64,000 nt of DNA from Deltaproteobacteria bacterium (GCA_029261795.1 JAJDAP010000034.1:9858-73857); one strand, 5' to 3'. Shown: positions 34,570 to 47,464, numbered from the stretch's first letter. The notes: generated by a model not told the origin, from the letters alone. Translations and numbers: made by a program.

Positions 34570-35475
34570 TCAACGAAGCTGGATGGTGCCGTTCGAAGCG
34601 CGCAATCGAATCGGGGTCCCGCCCCGACCGAGGGTCCCCTTCAGGCGCCCGGTGCGCTCCTCCGAACTTCCCGAAATCTCCCGGGCGGTACGGATGATGC
34701 CGTTGTCCACGCGGATGTCGACGTCGCCGTCGACATCATCGGGAAGGCTGAGTGAGATGCGGCCGTTGCTGGTGACGAGCACGCAGCCGTGCTTGCCGAG
34801 GTCCTCGAGTTCGCAGCGGATCGTTCCGTTGGAAGTGGCTGCGTCGACGGAGCCCCGATGCTCGCCCAACTCGATCTTTCCGTTCGAGGAACGCGCCAGC
34901 AGGCGCCCGCAGGTGCACTCGGTGTGGACCTTTGCGTTCGAGGTCTGGATTTCGACATCGCCGATCACGTCGGCTACCCGGATCGGTCCGTTGCTCGAGT
35001 GAAGTCGCACCGCCGCGCGAAGCCCCGAGATGCAGATGCGGCCGTTGGCGGCCGTGATGCCGACCTGGGTTCCGCGAGGCACGCGCACATCGAGGTCTGC
35101 GCGGCCGCGTCGGTTCCAGCGGCCCGGAATGTCGACCTCGACTTCGAGTGCGCCGGTACTGTCTTCCCGGTGCAGCACGCGAATCTCGCCGACGAGCGCC
35201 TGGGCGTGCTCTTCGCTTTCTGCCCGAGCCGATTTCCGCACGCCGATCTCGATATCGGTCCGCTCTTCTCCGATGACCATGGTGCGGCCATTGGCATTGT
35301 CGATACGCAGCGCACCAGCCGGTGGAGCGTCGAGCCGCAGGGTCTCCTCTCCCTCGGCTCGTTCACTCCAGGGGATCCCCGATAGGAGCGAACGAAAGAA
35401 TCCGCCGATCCCGCCGGATTCGAGCTGCGCTTCACATTCGATGTCGTCGTCTTGTTCGTATTCGTCGCGCATCAT
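34570..35475 (-). CDS. DUF4097 beta-strand repeat (adhesin-like) protein
   Basis: Repeating [ST][SA]NG.I units (AANGRI, SSNGPI, TSNAKV, SSNGKI, TSNGTI, TSNGRI, ASNGTI). Confidence 0.85.
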   Translation of the reverse strand: MMRDEYEQDDDIECEAQLESGGIGGFFRSLLSGIPWSERAEGEETLRLDAPPAGALRIDNANGRTMVIGEERTDIEIGVRKSARAESEEHAQALVGEIRVLHREDSTGALEVEVDIPGRWNRRGRADLDVRVPRGTQVGITAANGRICISGLRAAVRLHSSNGPIRVADVIGDVEIQTSNAKVHTECTCGRLLARSSNGKIELGEHRGSVDAATSNGTIRCELEDLGKHGCVLVTSNGRISLSLPDDVDGDVDIRVDNGIIRTAREISGSSEERTGRLKGTLGRGGTPIRLRASNGTIQLR

Positions 35476-36296
35476 GCGCTTACTCCGCCGGCGCCGGCCG
35501 CGCGCACGTGATGGAGCAGGCGCTCCAGCACGGCACCGCCCGGGCCCTGCAGACTGAGCGTGGCTACCGCGGTTAGCTCGCTCTCATAGGGGTTGATTTC
35601 AATGATGGCGCCACCCTTCCGCAGTACTTCCAACGGGAAGTCGGCGGCGGGAAACACCGTGGCGCTGGTGCCGGCCACCAGCATCACGTCGCAGTGCTCG
35701 ACAGCGGCATAACAACCGCGCAGCACTGCCGGTGGGATCGGCTCTCCGAACGAGACCGTATCCCCCTTGACGATTCCGTCGCATGCAGGGCAATGCGGCG
35801 GAAGATCCGCTTCGTCGATCTCGAAGGTCTTTGGATCGAAACGCGTGTGACACTCGAGGCAGCGGAGCCAGTAATGGTTGCCGTGGATCTCGAGAAGATT
35901 CTGCTGGCCGGCCTGGAGATGCAGGTCATCGACATTCTGGGTGATCAGCGCATCACAACAGCCAAAGGCCTCGAGGGCGGCGAAAGCGTCGTGTCCCAGA
36001 TTCGGTTTTGCGGCCTCGAAGGTTTCTTTCAGGCCCTTGGCCCAACCCTCGGTGGGGTTGAGTCGTTCGCGCCACGCCTTGGCGGGCTCGCGAAGGAAGC
36101 GTTGGTAGCCATCGAGCGGCGGTTCGCCGTGCTTCGTCCAGAGGCCGCCGGGACCGCGGAACGGGGGGATGCCGCTCTCGACCGAGAGCCCGGCACCGGT
36201 CAGCGCGACCACGGACCGTGCGCCCGCTACCAGGGCAGCAGCCTGCTGGATCGTGGCGTCGAACTCGGGCGTCATCTGGAAGTCGGTGGCCGGCAT
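35472..36296 (-). CDS. cobB: NAD-dependent deacylase, sirtuin (SIR2/CobB)
   Basis: ALTGAGLSVESGIP.FRG, ITQNVD.LH, EIHGN, CxxC...CxxC, VSFGE, GTSA.V.PAA, EIN; start ATG 36296 (the ORF track extension is spurious). Confidence 0.92.
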   Translation of the reverse strand: MPATDFQMTPEFDATIQQAAALVAGARSVVALTGAGLSVESGIPPFRGPGGLWTKHGEPPLDGYQRFLREPAKAWRERLNPTEGWAKGLKETFEAAKPNLGHDAFAALEAFGCCDALITQNVDDLHLQAGQQNLLEIHGNHYWLRCLECHTRFDPKTFEIDEADLPPHCPACDGIVKGDTVSFGEPIPPAVLRGCYAAVEHCDVMLVAGTSATVFPAADFPLEVLRKGGAIIEINPYESELTAVATLSLQGPGGAVLERLLHHVRAAGAGGVSA

Positions 36297-37078
36297 CAGT
36301 GCATCCAACCTCCGTCGCGATCGCGTTCTTCGCGTCGGCGCGCGCGCGCTGCTTCGTTGCGTTGTTGGCGCGATTTGTTCTCTTCGTCCTGAACGACGCG
36401 CAGGTTCCGGCGCATCTTGTAGCGGCGGTAGCGGAGCTTCAGCTGATCGAGGCTCACGGCGCGGGTGATGCCCATGCGCCAGAGCAGGGTCCAACCGACG
36501 AGCACGCCGCCGAGGTGGCCGATGTGACTCACACCGGCGCGCGGTGACAGGATCTCCATGAAGAAGAGCAATGGGATCAGGTAGAGCGCCTTCAACGGAA
36601 TCGGCGGGAAGATCAACATGAGTGTGCGGTCCGGCCACATGAGAGAGTGGGCCAGCAAGACCGCGTACACCGCTCCCGAGGCGCCCAGGGTGGCCATGAA
36701 GTACGAAGCCGAAGTTGGATCCATGGCGTAGAAGAACGCCGGAACCGTGGCGATGATGAAGCCCGCGCCGATGCCCGACGCCATGTAGAAGGAGAGGAAG
36801 CGTCGCGTCCCCCAATGCGCGGCGACTTCGGAACCGAACATCCACAGCATCAGCATGTTGCCACCGAGGTGCCAGAGACCGCCGTGGGCCCACATGTAGG
36901 TGAAGGTCTGCCAGATCGCGCCGTTCTCCCAGACGCTGCTCGGTCGCACCACGAGATCGTCGGTGATGCCCGCGTAGGTCTGCAGCAGGAAGATCGCCAG
37001 GTTGGCGAGCATCAGGCCCTTGATCACATCGGGGGTGACCGGGGGGCCGATCCGCATCTGCTGTCCACGTCCGTACAA
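36296..37078 (-). CDS. Rhomboid-family intramembrane serine protease
   Basis: WQTFTYMWAH...HL..NM, GASGAVY, SHIGHLGG; TTG 37078 with AGGAG RBS. Confidence 0.92.
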   Translation of the reverse strand: MYGRGQQMRIGPPVTPDVIKGLMLANLAIFLLQTYAGITDDLVVRPSSVWENGAIWQTFTYMWAHGGLWHLGGNMLMLWMFGSEVAAHWGTRRFLSFYMASGIGAGFIIATVPAFFYAMDPTSASYFMATLGASGAVYAVLLAHSLMWPDRTLMLIFPPIPLKALYLIPLLFFMEILSPRAGVSHIGHLGGVLVGWTLLWRMGITRAVSLDQLKLRYRRYKMRRNLRVVQDEENKSRQQRNEAARARRREERDRDGGWMH

Positions 37079-37263
37079 AAGGGTCTCCTGTTTCCGGTTT
37101 CGCCCACCCCCGTTTGCCTTTGGAGCCAGGGGGTCAGGCGGCTCCGACCTCGTCAATGCCGATCCGACACCAGAGCGTGTCGGCAGGCCTTGCAAGGCGG
37201 CGGGAAGGGCGCGCGAATCCCGCAGTACCCCGAAGCGTAAGCAGGGGGGGTGGGGGAGTCAAC

Positions 37264-37289
37264 GCAGCGCCCTGCAGGCAGGGCGCTGC
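37264..37289. terminator. 11-bp GC-rich hairpin GCAGCGCCCTG-CAGG-CAGGGCGCTGC, possible terminator after the LLM gene
   Basis: Perfect inverted repeat 34 nt past the LLM stop; U-tract weak. Confidence 0.4.
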
Positions 37290-37322
37290 CGTGGGCCTCC
37301 GCATGACGCAGCTGGACGTGGT

Positions 37323-38258
37323 TCATGACGCAGGGGCCAGGGCGTCGAGCGCGCGGCAAGCCTCGGCGAATTCGAGCCCGGTCACGTCGACGACCGGCAA
37401 GTCGAGTGCAAGTCGCTCTCGGAGTGCCGTCAGGCGCTCGCGACAGGCCGTCTCGCCACCGTTCAGGAAGGTCTGCTGGAGCGTGTCCGCCGCGAAGGCT
37501 CCGAACCATGGCGCGAAGCGGCGGTACTCGGCCAGGGTGCGGGGATCGTCGCGGGCGTATTCCGGCCGGGCAAAGATCCAGAGCGAACGCTCGATCTCGA
37601 GCGGCGAGCGGCCAGCCGCTGCGCAGGCACGGGCCATCGTCTCGCTGGCCGCGGCCACCGCCGCCTCGATCGGGGGCAGGTTGATGTTCCAGGCGTCTGC
37701 CCGCCGCGCGATCACCTCGAGCGTTCGCGCCGCGGACGCGCCGATCTCGAGGACCGGGGGCTTCGGCAGCGCTGGCCTGACGCGGGCGCCATTCAGTTGG
37801 ATGTAGCTGCCGTCCACCGTGACGGCGTCGCCGCTCCAGAGTGCCCGCAGGGCGGCCACGGACTCATCGAGCCAGGCCACCCGCTCGGCGTGCGGCGGAA
37901 AGGCGAAGCCGGCTCGGGCATCACCGGGCTGTCCGCCGACGGAAACCAGCAAGCGTTGGCGGCCGGGCGCAATGCGTTCGAGCGTCGCGACCGCCTGGGC
38001 GAGGCGTTGCACGTTCCAGTGATGGACGAGCCGAATCGACGCGATCTGGATGCGCTCGGTGCGTAGCGTGATCGCGGTCTGGGCCGTCCAACCATCGAGC
38101 ACATCGGCCTCGTCGAGGCTCGGCACGCCGGTCACGTCGCCATCGAGGTAGGCCGCTTCGTAACCGAGTCGCTCGGCATGGCGGACCAATGCGAGCAGTT
38201 GCTCGAATGGCAGCTGATGCCAGATCGCGGCGAACGCCAGCCGCGGCAGCGAGCTCAT
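37323..38258 (-). CDS. LLM-class flavin-dependent oxidoreductase
   Basis: AE.LGY...., DGWT...AI...T.RI, ATLERI.PGR, LR.LWSG..V...G, A.R.ADAWN; start ATG 38258. Confidence 0.85.
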   Translation of the reverse strand: MSSLPRLAFAAIWHQLPFEQLLALVRHAERLGYEAAYLDGDVTGVPSLDEADVLDGWTAQTAITLRTERIQIASIRLVHHWNVQRLAQAVATLERIAPGRQRLLVSVGGQPGDARAGFAFPPHAERVAWLDESVAALRALWSGDAVTVDGSYIQLNGARVRPALPKPPVLEIGASAARTLEVIARRADAWNINLPPIEAAVAAASETMARACAAAGRSPLEIERSLWIFARPEYARDDPRTLAEYRRFAPWFGAFAADTLQQTFLNGGETACRERLTALRERLALDLPVVDVTGLEFAEACRALDALAPAS

Positions 38259-38773
38259 CCGAGCCGCCCCAGGTGTCGCGCGGCGTGCAGCAGCGCGAGG
38301 GCACTCTTGGCATCGGAGATTTCGCCGGACCAGACGAGTTCGAGCGCGCGCTCGAGCGAAGTCGGGACGACCTCGATCACTTCGTGTTCTTCGAGCCGTT
38401 GTTCGACGGTCTCGAGATCGAAGGCGGCGAACAGATGGATGCGCTCGTCGGTGAAGCCGGGGGTGGTGAAGATGGTGATCAGATGCTCCAACCGTCCCGG
38501 CCTTCGACCGGCCTCTTCCTCGAGTTCCTTGGCGGCGCAGACTTCCGGCGAGTCGCCGTCGAGCTTCCCGGCCGGGATCTCCCAGATCGTGCCCCCGGCA
38601 GCATGGCGGTATTGGCGGATCAAGAGCACGGTGTTCTCGTCTTCGAAGGGAACCACCGCGCTTGCGCCCACGTGGCGGAAGATCTCGAGTTCGAAGGGCT
38701 CCTTGCCGGGCAGGTCCACGCGCTCGGCCTGGAGGTCGCCGGCGCGTCCGCGATGGATCAAGCGTGCGCTCAT
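38255..38773 (-). CDS. NUDIX hydrolase (ADP-ribose pyrophosphatase-like)
   Basis: RQYRHA, WEIPAGK..G......A.KEL.EEAG Nudix box, TTPGF.DE, I.DAKS. Confidence 0.9.
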   Translation of the reverse strand: MSARLIHRGRAGDLQAERVDLPGKEPFELEIFRHVGASAVVPFEDENTVLLIRQYRHAAGGTIWEIPAGKLDGDSPEVCAAKELEEEAGRRPGRLEHLITIFTTPGFTDERIHLFAAFDLETVEQRLEEHEVIEVVPTSLERALELVWSGEISDAKSALALLHAARHLGRLG

Positions 38774-39441
38774 TTCGCCTTCCCGCGTTTCGCGGCGCCG
38801 GCCGGATGGGGACAGAGATCCCGCAAGACGCAGGCGTCACAGAGCGGTCTTCGCGCGTCACAGACCTCGCGGCCATGCTCGATGACGCGGTGTGAATAGA
38901 CCGTCCACTCCGGCTCGGGGATGAGCGCCATCAGGTCGCGCTCGATCTTCACCGGGTCTTCGTTTCCGGTGAGTCGGAGCCTGCCGTTGACGCGTTTCAT
39001 GTGGGTATCGATCGTGAGGCCGGGCGTCTCGAAACAGTTCCCGAGCACCACGTTGGCCGTTTTCCGTGCGACACCACGGAGTGTCACGAGTTCGTCGAGG
39101 GTTCGAGGCACCTCGCCGTCGAACTTCTCGACGATGTCACGACTGGCCGACTGGATGCTCTTGGCCTTCTGTCGGAAGAAGCCCGTGCTCTTGACCAGGG
39201 CCTCCACATCCTCGGCTGGGGCATCGGCCAGGGCCTGGGGCGTGCCGAGCTTCGGGAAGAGTTCGGCCGTCACCTGATTCACCCGCTGGTCCGTGCACTG
39301 GGCCGAGAGGATGGTGGCGACCAACAACTCGAAGGCGTTCTCGTGGTGGAGGGCGCATTTCGCGTCGGGGTAGGCGGCGCCAAGCGCTTTTCCGATCTGG
39401 AGGGCGCGCGATCGTTGTTTGGCTCGACTCTCTCGCGGCAT
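38770..39441 (-). CDS. nth: Endonuclease III
   Basis: ELLVATILSAQCTD, HhH L.GV.RKTANVVL, IDTH, C-X6-C-X2-C-X5-C cluster motif. Confidence 0.95.
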   Translation of the reverse strand: MPRESRAKQRSRALQIGKALGAAYPDAKCALHHENAFELLVATILSAQCTDQRVNQVTAELFPKLGTPQALADAPAEDVEALVKSTGFFRQKAKSIQSASRDIVEKFDGEVPRTLDELVTLRGVARKTANVVLGNCFETPGLTIDTHMKRVNGRLRLTGNEDPVKIERDLMALIPEPEWTVYSHRVIEHGREVCDARRPLCDACVLRDLCPHPAGAAKRGKAK

Positions 39442-39490
39442 GGCAGACGAGGTTACGTCATTCTTCTCGGCCCGAGGAGGTCGAGCACGG

Positions 39491-40144
39491 ATGGCACATC
39501 TCGAAGAACGCATGGTGGCGATCGCGCGGCTCGCAGTACCGGACGAATCACTCGAGGGGGTGTTCCGGCCCGGCGCCGCAGAGAACCAGGCGGGCACCCT
39601 GATCGCGCCGCCGCATCCGCTCTACGGCGGGAGCATCGAGTCTCCGGTGGTGAACGAGCTGTCCTGGGCCTCGGCCAAGAGCGGGATCGCTTCGGTCGCA
39701 TTCAACTGGCGCGGCGTCGGCGCCTCCGCCGGCGCTCCGAGCGGTGATGCCGTCGACGCCGACGAGGACTACGCGGCTGCGTTGGCCCATCTCGGCGAGA
39801 CGGTTCCCGGTTCCCTCATCGCGGCCGGCTACTCGTTCGGATCCGCCGCAGCGGTGCGCGCTGCCGAAGCGAACGCCAGCGGCCGCATCGATCGGGTGAT
39901 CCTGGTGGCGCCGCCGCCGGCCCTGATCGATCCCGATCGCATCGCCGAACTCTCCCAAGCGGTTCTGGTCATCGCCGGAGCCGAGGACACGCTGGTGCCC
40001 AAGGACGTGGTTTCGGCGGCACTGCTCGACGCGCCGGGGCTCACCCTGGAAGTGATTCCTGCAGCGGATCACTTCTTCATGAGCGGTCTCGGCACCCTCG
40101 GCCAGATCACTCAGGCCTGGCTGGCTCGAGAAGCAGCCTGCTAG
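39491..40144 (+). CDS. Alpha/beta hydrolase
   Basis: PHPLYGG, FNWRGVG.S.G, GYSFG nucleophile elbow, G.ED, ADHFF. Confidence 0.88.
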   Translation: MAHLEERMVAIARLAVPDESLEGVFRPGAAENQAGTLIAPPHPLYGGSIESPVVNELSWASAKSGIASVAFNWRGVGASAGAPSGDAVDADEDYAAALAHLGETVPGSLIAAGYSFGSAAAVRAAEANASGRIDRVILVAPPPALIDPDRIAELSQAVLVIAGAEDTLVPKDVVSAALLDAPGLTLEVIPAADHFFMSGLGTLGQITQAWLAREAAC

Positions 40145-41409
40145 CGATCACTCGCGCGAGGCAGGGTCACGCGGAAGACGGAGCCGCCATTCTCGCCGTC
40201 GAAGATATCGATGCGGCCTCCGACGTCTTCCACCAGCCGGCGCGAGATTCCGAGGCCGAGGCCACCCGGGCGCTCCGCGCCCTTGCTCGAGAAGAAGGGT
40301 TCGAAGAGCCGCTCGCGAAGCTCCGCGGGCACTCCTGGGCCTTCGTCGCGAACCTCGATGGCGATGTCTCCCTGGCTGGCGCGGGCTTCGAGGCGGACCT
40401 GGCCACCATCCGGGGTCACGTCGAGGGCATTGAGCGCGAGATTGAGCAACACCTGGCGCAGGGCATCGGGGCCGAGGCAGGGGCGCGGCAGATCCGAGGC
40501 CGCCTCGGCAGCGAGGGAAACGCCACGATCGCTGGCACGAAAGGCGAGCAGCTGGCCGAGGCTCTCGAAGGCGTCGCCGACATCCGTGCCCTTGGCGCGC
40601 TCGGCAGCCTCGCCGGCGTCGATCGGGCCCGCCGCCGGCGTTCGTGCGTGTTCGAGCACCACGTTCAACAAGCGTTCGATGCGCCGGACCTCTTCCAGCG
40701 CGACCTGATAGAACTCGCCTTGGAACTCTTCGTCATCGCCGCGCTCGGGGAGCAGCTGCATGAAGGTCTTGACCGAGACCAGCGGGTTGCGGATCTCATG
40801 CACGATTTCAGCCACCAGGCTCCCCAACGAAGCGAGGCGGTCGAGGCGTTGTACTTCGTGATCGAAGTGCCCGAGGCGTTGCACGGTGCTCTCTGCGGTC
40901 GCGGCGGCATTCAGACTCGAGGCGGCGGCCGCGAGCGCGGCGAGCGTACGAGGTCGCACCGATCCCGGCCGCTCCGCACCGCCGATCAACAGGATTGCCG
41001 TCGTCTCCGACCCACCGCGCGAATCGTCCCGGATCAGTGGCGCGGCCGCGGCGAAGCCGTGCTCGGATGCCAGCGAGCGCAATGAATCGGGCAGGTGCAC
41101 GTCGCCCAGATCGACCGGACCTTCGAGCTGACTGAGGGTGGTCAGCGCGCTCTCGTCGGGCGCGAGCAGGGCCGAGCCTTCCAATCTCGCAGCCAGCACA
41201 GCAGCCGAGCCAGCGCGATCGCGACCCCAGGCCGCGACCCGGGACGCGCCGGTTTCCTCGGCAAGTCGGGCGATCGCGCGCGCGAGCCTGCCCTGGAAAT
41301 CCCGGGCGTTCGCGAACGCGGCACCCCGGCGAGCCGCGGATACCGCGCGCGCCGGCTGGACAGACGGTCCTCTCTCCCCCACCGCCACGTTGCTACCGTG
41401 CCAACGCAC
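40141..41409 (-). CDS. Cytoplasmic sensor histidine kinase (start uncertain)
   Basis: H-box VHEIRNPL, N-box NL.LNA.D, G1 DEGPG, F-box FEPFF, G2 GLGLGIS; no TM; no adjacent response regulator. Confidence 0.85.
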   Translation of the reverse strand: MRWHGSNVAVGERGPSVQPARAVSAARRGAAFANARDFQGRLARAIARLAEETGASRVAAWGRDRAGSAAVLAARLEGSALLAPDESALTTLSQLEGPVDLGDVHLPDSLRSLASEHGFAAAAPLIRDDSRGGSETTAILLIGGAERPGSVRPRTLAALAAAASSLNAAATAESTVQRLGHFDHEVQRLDRLASLGSLVAEIVHEIRNPLVSVKTFMQLLPERGDDEEFQGEFYQVALEEVRRIERLLNVVLEHARTPAAGPIDAGEAAERAKGTDVGDAFESLGQLLAFRASDRGVSLAAEAASDLPRPCLGPDALRQVLLNLALNALDVTPDGGQVRLEARASQGDIAIEVRDEGPGVPAELRERLFEPFFSSKGAERPGGLGLGISRRLVEDVGGRIDIFDGENGGSVFRVTLPRASDR

Positions 41410-41431
41410 CTGCTGTCAACACGTGAGCCCC

Positions 41432-42100
41432 ATGTCCCTCCAATTTGCCTTGTTCGATCTCGACGGCGTGATCGTCGATTCCCGTGTGCCGATCGCACGC
41501 TGCATGAACCATGCACTCGTTGCTGCAGGCTATGCGGCGGAGCCAGAAGCACGGCTCCATCGCTTGATCGGCCCGCCGCTCGATGCCGCGTTCCGCCAGA
41601 TCCTGGCTGCGCGGGGAGAGACCGAGGTGCCGAGCGACGCGCTCGTTGCCCTCTATCGTGAACGTTATGCAGCGGTCTCACTCACGCATACCGAGCGAAT
41701 GCCCGGAATCGAGGCGGCATTGGACGGGCTCCCGGAGCAGCTCCGCATCGGGGTTGCAACGGCGAAGCCAGGCGAGTTCGCCCGGCCGATCCTCGAAACC
41801 CTCGGACTCTCGGAGCGCTTCGCCGTCATCCAGGGTCCGCCCCTCGAAGGCTCGCACCTCGAACCGAAGTCCGAGACCGTACGCAGGGCCCGGACGGCGC
41901 TCGGCTGCGACGGCGAGCCCGGCGCCATGATCGGCGATCGTGATATCGACGTGGAAGCGGGCCGCGAGAACGGGCTCACCACCGTCGCCGTCGGCTGGGG
42001 AATCGGAAAGTGGGCCGAGTTCGAGCGCGTCTCACCCGATCACTACGTGGAGACGCCGGCGGAGCTGGCTGCGCTGCTGGGCGAACTCGCCGTTCGTTAG
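41432..42100 (+). CDS. HAD-IA hydrolase (phosphoglycolate phosphatase-like)
   Basis: FDLDGVIVDS, IGPPL, ATAKP, K, MIGDR..D; start ATG 41432. Confidence 0.9.
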   Translation: MSLQFALFDLDGVIVDSRVPIARCMNHALVAAGYAAEPEARLHRLIGPPLDAAFRQILAARGETEVPSDALVALYRERYAAVSLTHTERMPGIEAALDGLPEQLRIGVATAKPGEFARPILETLGLSERFAVIQGPPLEGSHLEPKSETVRRARTALGCDGEPGAMIGDRDIDVEAGRENGLTTVAVGWGIGKWAEFERVSPDHYVETPAELAALLGELAVR

Positions 42101-42106
42101 TCCGGG

Positions 42107-44653
<2,547 letters not shown>

Positions 44654-44869
44654 TGCCTTGCGTCGCTGCGCTGCACCATCCCCCCTGGGTGACCGCCGGA
44701 TCCGCGAGGGTTCCGAGCCGGACGCTTGGCGCAAGCTAGGAGACAGGCCGAAGATGGCAAGCCAGCGCTCGCTGGTTTTCCATCGACGGGAGCCCGTGCC
44801 GCCCCGACCGGTTCTGCGCTACGAATCGCCGGCTTGCGGTCCCGTTTCCGTCCGCCCAAGGAGAGTCCC

Positions 44870-45829
44870 GTGTCCGAGCGCCGAGTGATGGCCTTCGTGA
44901 TGGATCCGATCGAGGCCGTCGACATCGAGGCCGATACCAGCTTCGCCCTGATGCTCGAGGCGGGTTCGCGCGGGTTCGAGACCCTCTACGTGGCGCCCGA
45001 TGACATCGGCGTCCGGCCCGGTTCGGGGCCGATCGCGATCGCGCGGAGCGCCGAACTTCGTCGCCGGGCCGGCGATTTCCTGACGCTCGGCGAACCGCGC
45101 GAGGTTGCCCTCGACGATGTCGACGTGGTCTGGCAGCGCAAGGATCCGCCCGTCGACGAATCCTATGTCCGGACCACCCAGATGTTGGCGCTGTGTCAGC
45201 GCGCCCTCGTGCTGAATCGACCCGAGAGCGTGCTCGCCTCCAACGAGAAGCTCTACGCGTTGAACTTCCCCGAGCTGATGCCGGCGACCCGGGTCGCCCG
45301 CACGATCGCTGATCTCGAGGCGTTCCTGGCCGAGCTCGACGGCGAGATGATCGTCAAGCCGCTCGACGGGAAGGGCGGCGAGGGCATCTTCCACATCCGT
45401 CGCGGCGATCCCAATGTGCGCACCATCCTGGAAATCAGCAGCGCCTTCGAAACCCGCTGGGTGATGGCCCAGGCCTACGTGCCCGAGGTGCGGACCGGCG
45501 ACAAACGCATCTTGCTGATCGATGGCGAGCCGCTCGGTGCCGTGTTGAGGGTGCCCGCCGACGGGGAGAGCCGCGCCAACTTCCATTCCGGCGGTCAGGC
45601 TTCGAAGGTGGGCCTCGATGCCAGCGATCACCGCATCGTCGATGCCGTGGCGTCGCGCTTGAAGGCCGAGGGTCTCTTCTTCGTCGGGATCGACGTGATC
45701 GGAGATCGTCTCACCGAGATCAACGTGACGAGCCCCACCGGGATCCAGGAAATGAGTCGCCTCGACGGGGTCGACTACTCCGCCCGTGTGCTGGAGGCGG
45801 TGGAGGCGAAGCTCTCGGCGCGTCAGTGA
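44870..45829 (+). CDS. gshB: Glutathione synthetase
   Basis: AFVMDP, RKDPP.D..Y, NEKL, KPLDG.GG.GIF, GDKRILLIDG, RAN.H.GG, GIDVIG..LTEINVTSPTG; GTG with AAGGAG RBS. Confidence 0.95.
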   Translation: MSERRVMAFVMDPIEAVDIEADTSFALMLEAGSRGFETLYVAPDDIGVRPGSGPIAIARSAELRRRAGDFLTLGEPREVALDDVDVVWQRKDPPVDESYVRTTQMLALCQRALVLNRPESVLASNEKLYALNFPELMPATRVARTIADLEAFLAELDGEMIVKPLDGKGGEGIFHIRRGDPNVRTILEISSAFETRWVMAQAYVPEVRTGDKRILLIDGEPLGAVLRVPADGESRANFHSGGQASKVGLDASDHRIVDAVASRLKAEGLFFVGIDVIGDRLTEINVTSPTGIQEMSRLDGVDYSARVLEAVEAKLSARQ

Positions 45830-45833
45830 CCGA

Positions 45834-46562
45834 CTAACGTCCTTCTCGCTCTCGGCGCTCGCGGTCGAGGTTCTCGAATTTCTCGCCGCCGACGACGATG
45901 AACAGGGCCTTCGCACTTGCGGTCCGCAACTCGCCCACCTTGACTTCCGCCGTCATGAAGAGCCGCCGGCCTTCGACACGCTCGAGCCTGGCCGTCATCT
46001 CCAGTTCCTGAAGGATCGGCGTCGGGTGGTGGTAGTTCATCGTCAGGCGTCCGGTCATGCCCGCTTGCCCCGAGAACGTCGTCGCCATGCCCAGGAGCTC
46101 GTCGACGGCGGCGGCCAACAGGCCGCCGTGTACGATGCCCGGGCCCCCCTCATGGACGCGGCCAAACGCGCCCCGCCCGCGCGCGACCTGGGCCTCCGCG
46201 TCGATCGCGAATTCGAATGGCGGCGCCAACGGGTTCGCGAAGCCCACGATCGGGCTCACGTAGAGGAAGTCGGCCATTCCGGCCATCGAATCCCCGGCCC
46301 CGACCTCTTCCTGGGCGCCGGCCTCGCGATCTTTGGCGCCGGCCTCGCGCTCTTGAGTGCCCGCATCGGCGAGTGCCGCCGACACGGTCCGGAGCGGCGC
46401 CAGGATCGAGCGCAGCGTGGCCTCGTCGGCGTTGCTCCTCGGCAGTTCCTCGAGGATCCGACGCACCAGGTCGGCGGCTTCGTGCTTCAAGGGCCAGGTT
46501 CCGCCGGCGTCCGCACTCGCCTGCCGCTCCTGAAGCCAGCTGCCGTCACCAATCTCGGCCAT
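45834..46562 (-). CDS. PaaI/hotdog-fold thioesterase
   Basis: SPIVG.ANPLAPP, EGGPG.VHGG..AA..DE.LG, MTG.LT..Y..PTP. Confidence 0.85.
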   Translation of the reverse strand: MAEIGDGSWLQERQASADAGGTWPLKHEAADLVRRILEELPRSNADEATLRSILAPLRTVSAALADAGTQEREAGAKDREAGAQEEVGAGDSMAGMADFLYVSPIVGFANPLAPPFEFAIDAEAQVARGRGAFGRVHEGGPGIVHGGLLAAAVDELLGMATTFSGQAGMTGRLTMNYHHPTPILQELEMTARLERVEGRRLFMTAEVKVGELRTASAKALFIVVGGEKFENLDRERREREGR

Positions 46563-47464
46563 CAGTCGTCTTCCTTCAATTGGGGCAGGGTCTCGAAGGG
46601 CGTTCCCGAGAAGTCCGGCCGCAACGGGAAGCCATCGTAGCTGGCCGTTCCGCCCGGGCAGGTGATGGGCCAGAAGCGACCCTTCTGTTGCGATTCGCCG
46701 CCGTCGACCCGGATCGTCTGGCCGCGCACGTGGTTGGCCGCGGGAGAGAGCAGGAATACGACGGCGGCGGAGACCTCGCTCTCCGTCCCGAGTCGCCCCG
46801 CCGGTATCGTGGGTACCGCGTCAACGGTCTGCTGTTGCACCGCTCCCGGGTAGGTGACCATCCCGCTCGACAGGATCGTGCCCGGGGCAACGCAGTTGAC
46901 CCGCACGTCGTCTTGCGCCCATTCGAGCGTCATCGACAGCGCCATGTTCTCGATGCCGGCACGCGCTGCCGACATGTGTGCGAGACCCGGATAGCCGGTC
47001 CAGATGTCGGCCAGCATGTTCACGATGGCGCCGCCGTTCTGCTTCATCCAATGTCGATGCGCCGCAGTCGAGACCAGGAACGTCCCGTTCAAGTTGAGAT
47101 CGATCACCGTGCGCCAGGCATTGGGGGACATCTGTTCGATCGGGGCGAAGAACTGGCCCCCGGCGTTGTTGAAGAGCCCATCGAGCCGGCCATGCCTCGC
47201 GACGATCTCGGTGACCGCGGCGTCGACGCGCTCGGCGTCGCGAATGTCGATCTCGATGACCGAGCACTTGCCGCCGGCTTCGGCGATCTCGGCCGCGGTT
47301 CCCTCGAGCGATTCGAGCGTACGTCCGCCGACGACCACCTCGGCGCCCAGCGACGCCAGCTCGTGGGCCGTACAGCGCCCCAGGCCACTACCTCCGCCGG
47401 TAACGAAAACGACCCGGCCCTCGAACAGATCGGGCCGGTAGATGCTCTGATAGGGCTTGGTCAT
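46562..47464 (-). CDS. SDR oxidoreductase (trans-2-enoyl-CoA / 2,4-dienoyl-CoA reductase-like)
   Basis: VTGGGSGLG, NNAGGQF, NLNGTF, H..AARAG, RVNCVAPG, IP.GRLG. Confidence 0.9.
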   Translation of the reverse strand: MTKPYQSIYRPDLFEGRVVFVTGGGSGLGRCTAHELASLGAEVVVGGRTLESLEGTAAEIAEAGGKCSVIEIDIRDAERVDAAVTEIVARHGRLDGLFNNAGGQFFAPIEQMSPNAWRTVIDLNLNGTFLVSTAAHRHWMKQNGGAIVNMLADIWTGYPGLAHMSAARAGIENMALSMTLEWAQDDVRVNCVAPGTILSSGMVTYPGAVQQQTVDAVPTIPAGRLGTESEVSAAVVFLLSPAANHVRGQTIRVDGGESQQKGRFWPITCPGGTASYDGFPLRPDFSGTPFETLPQLKEDD

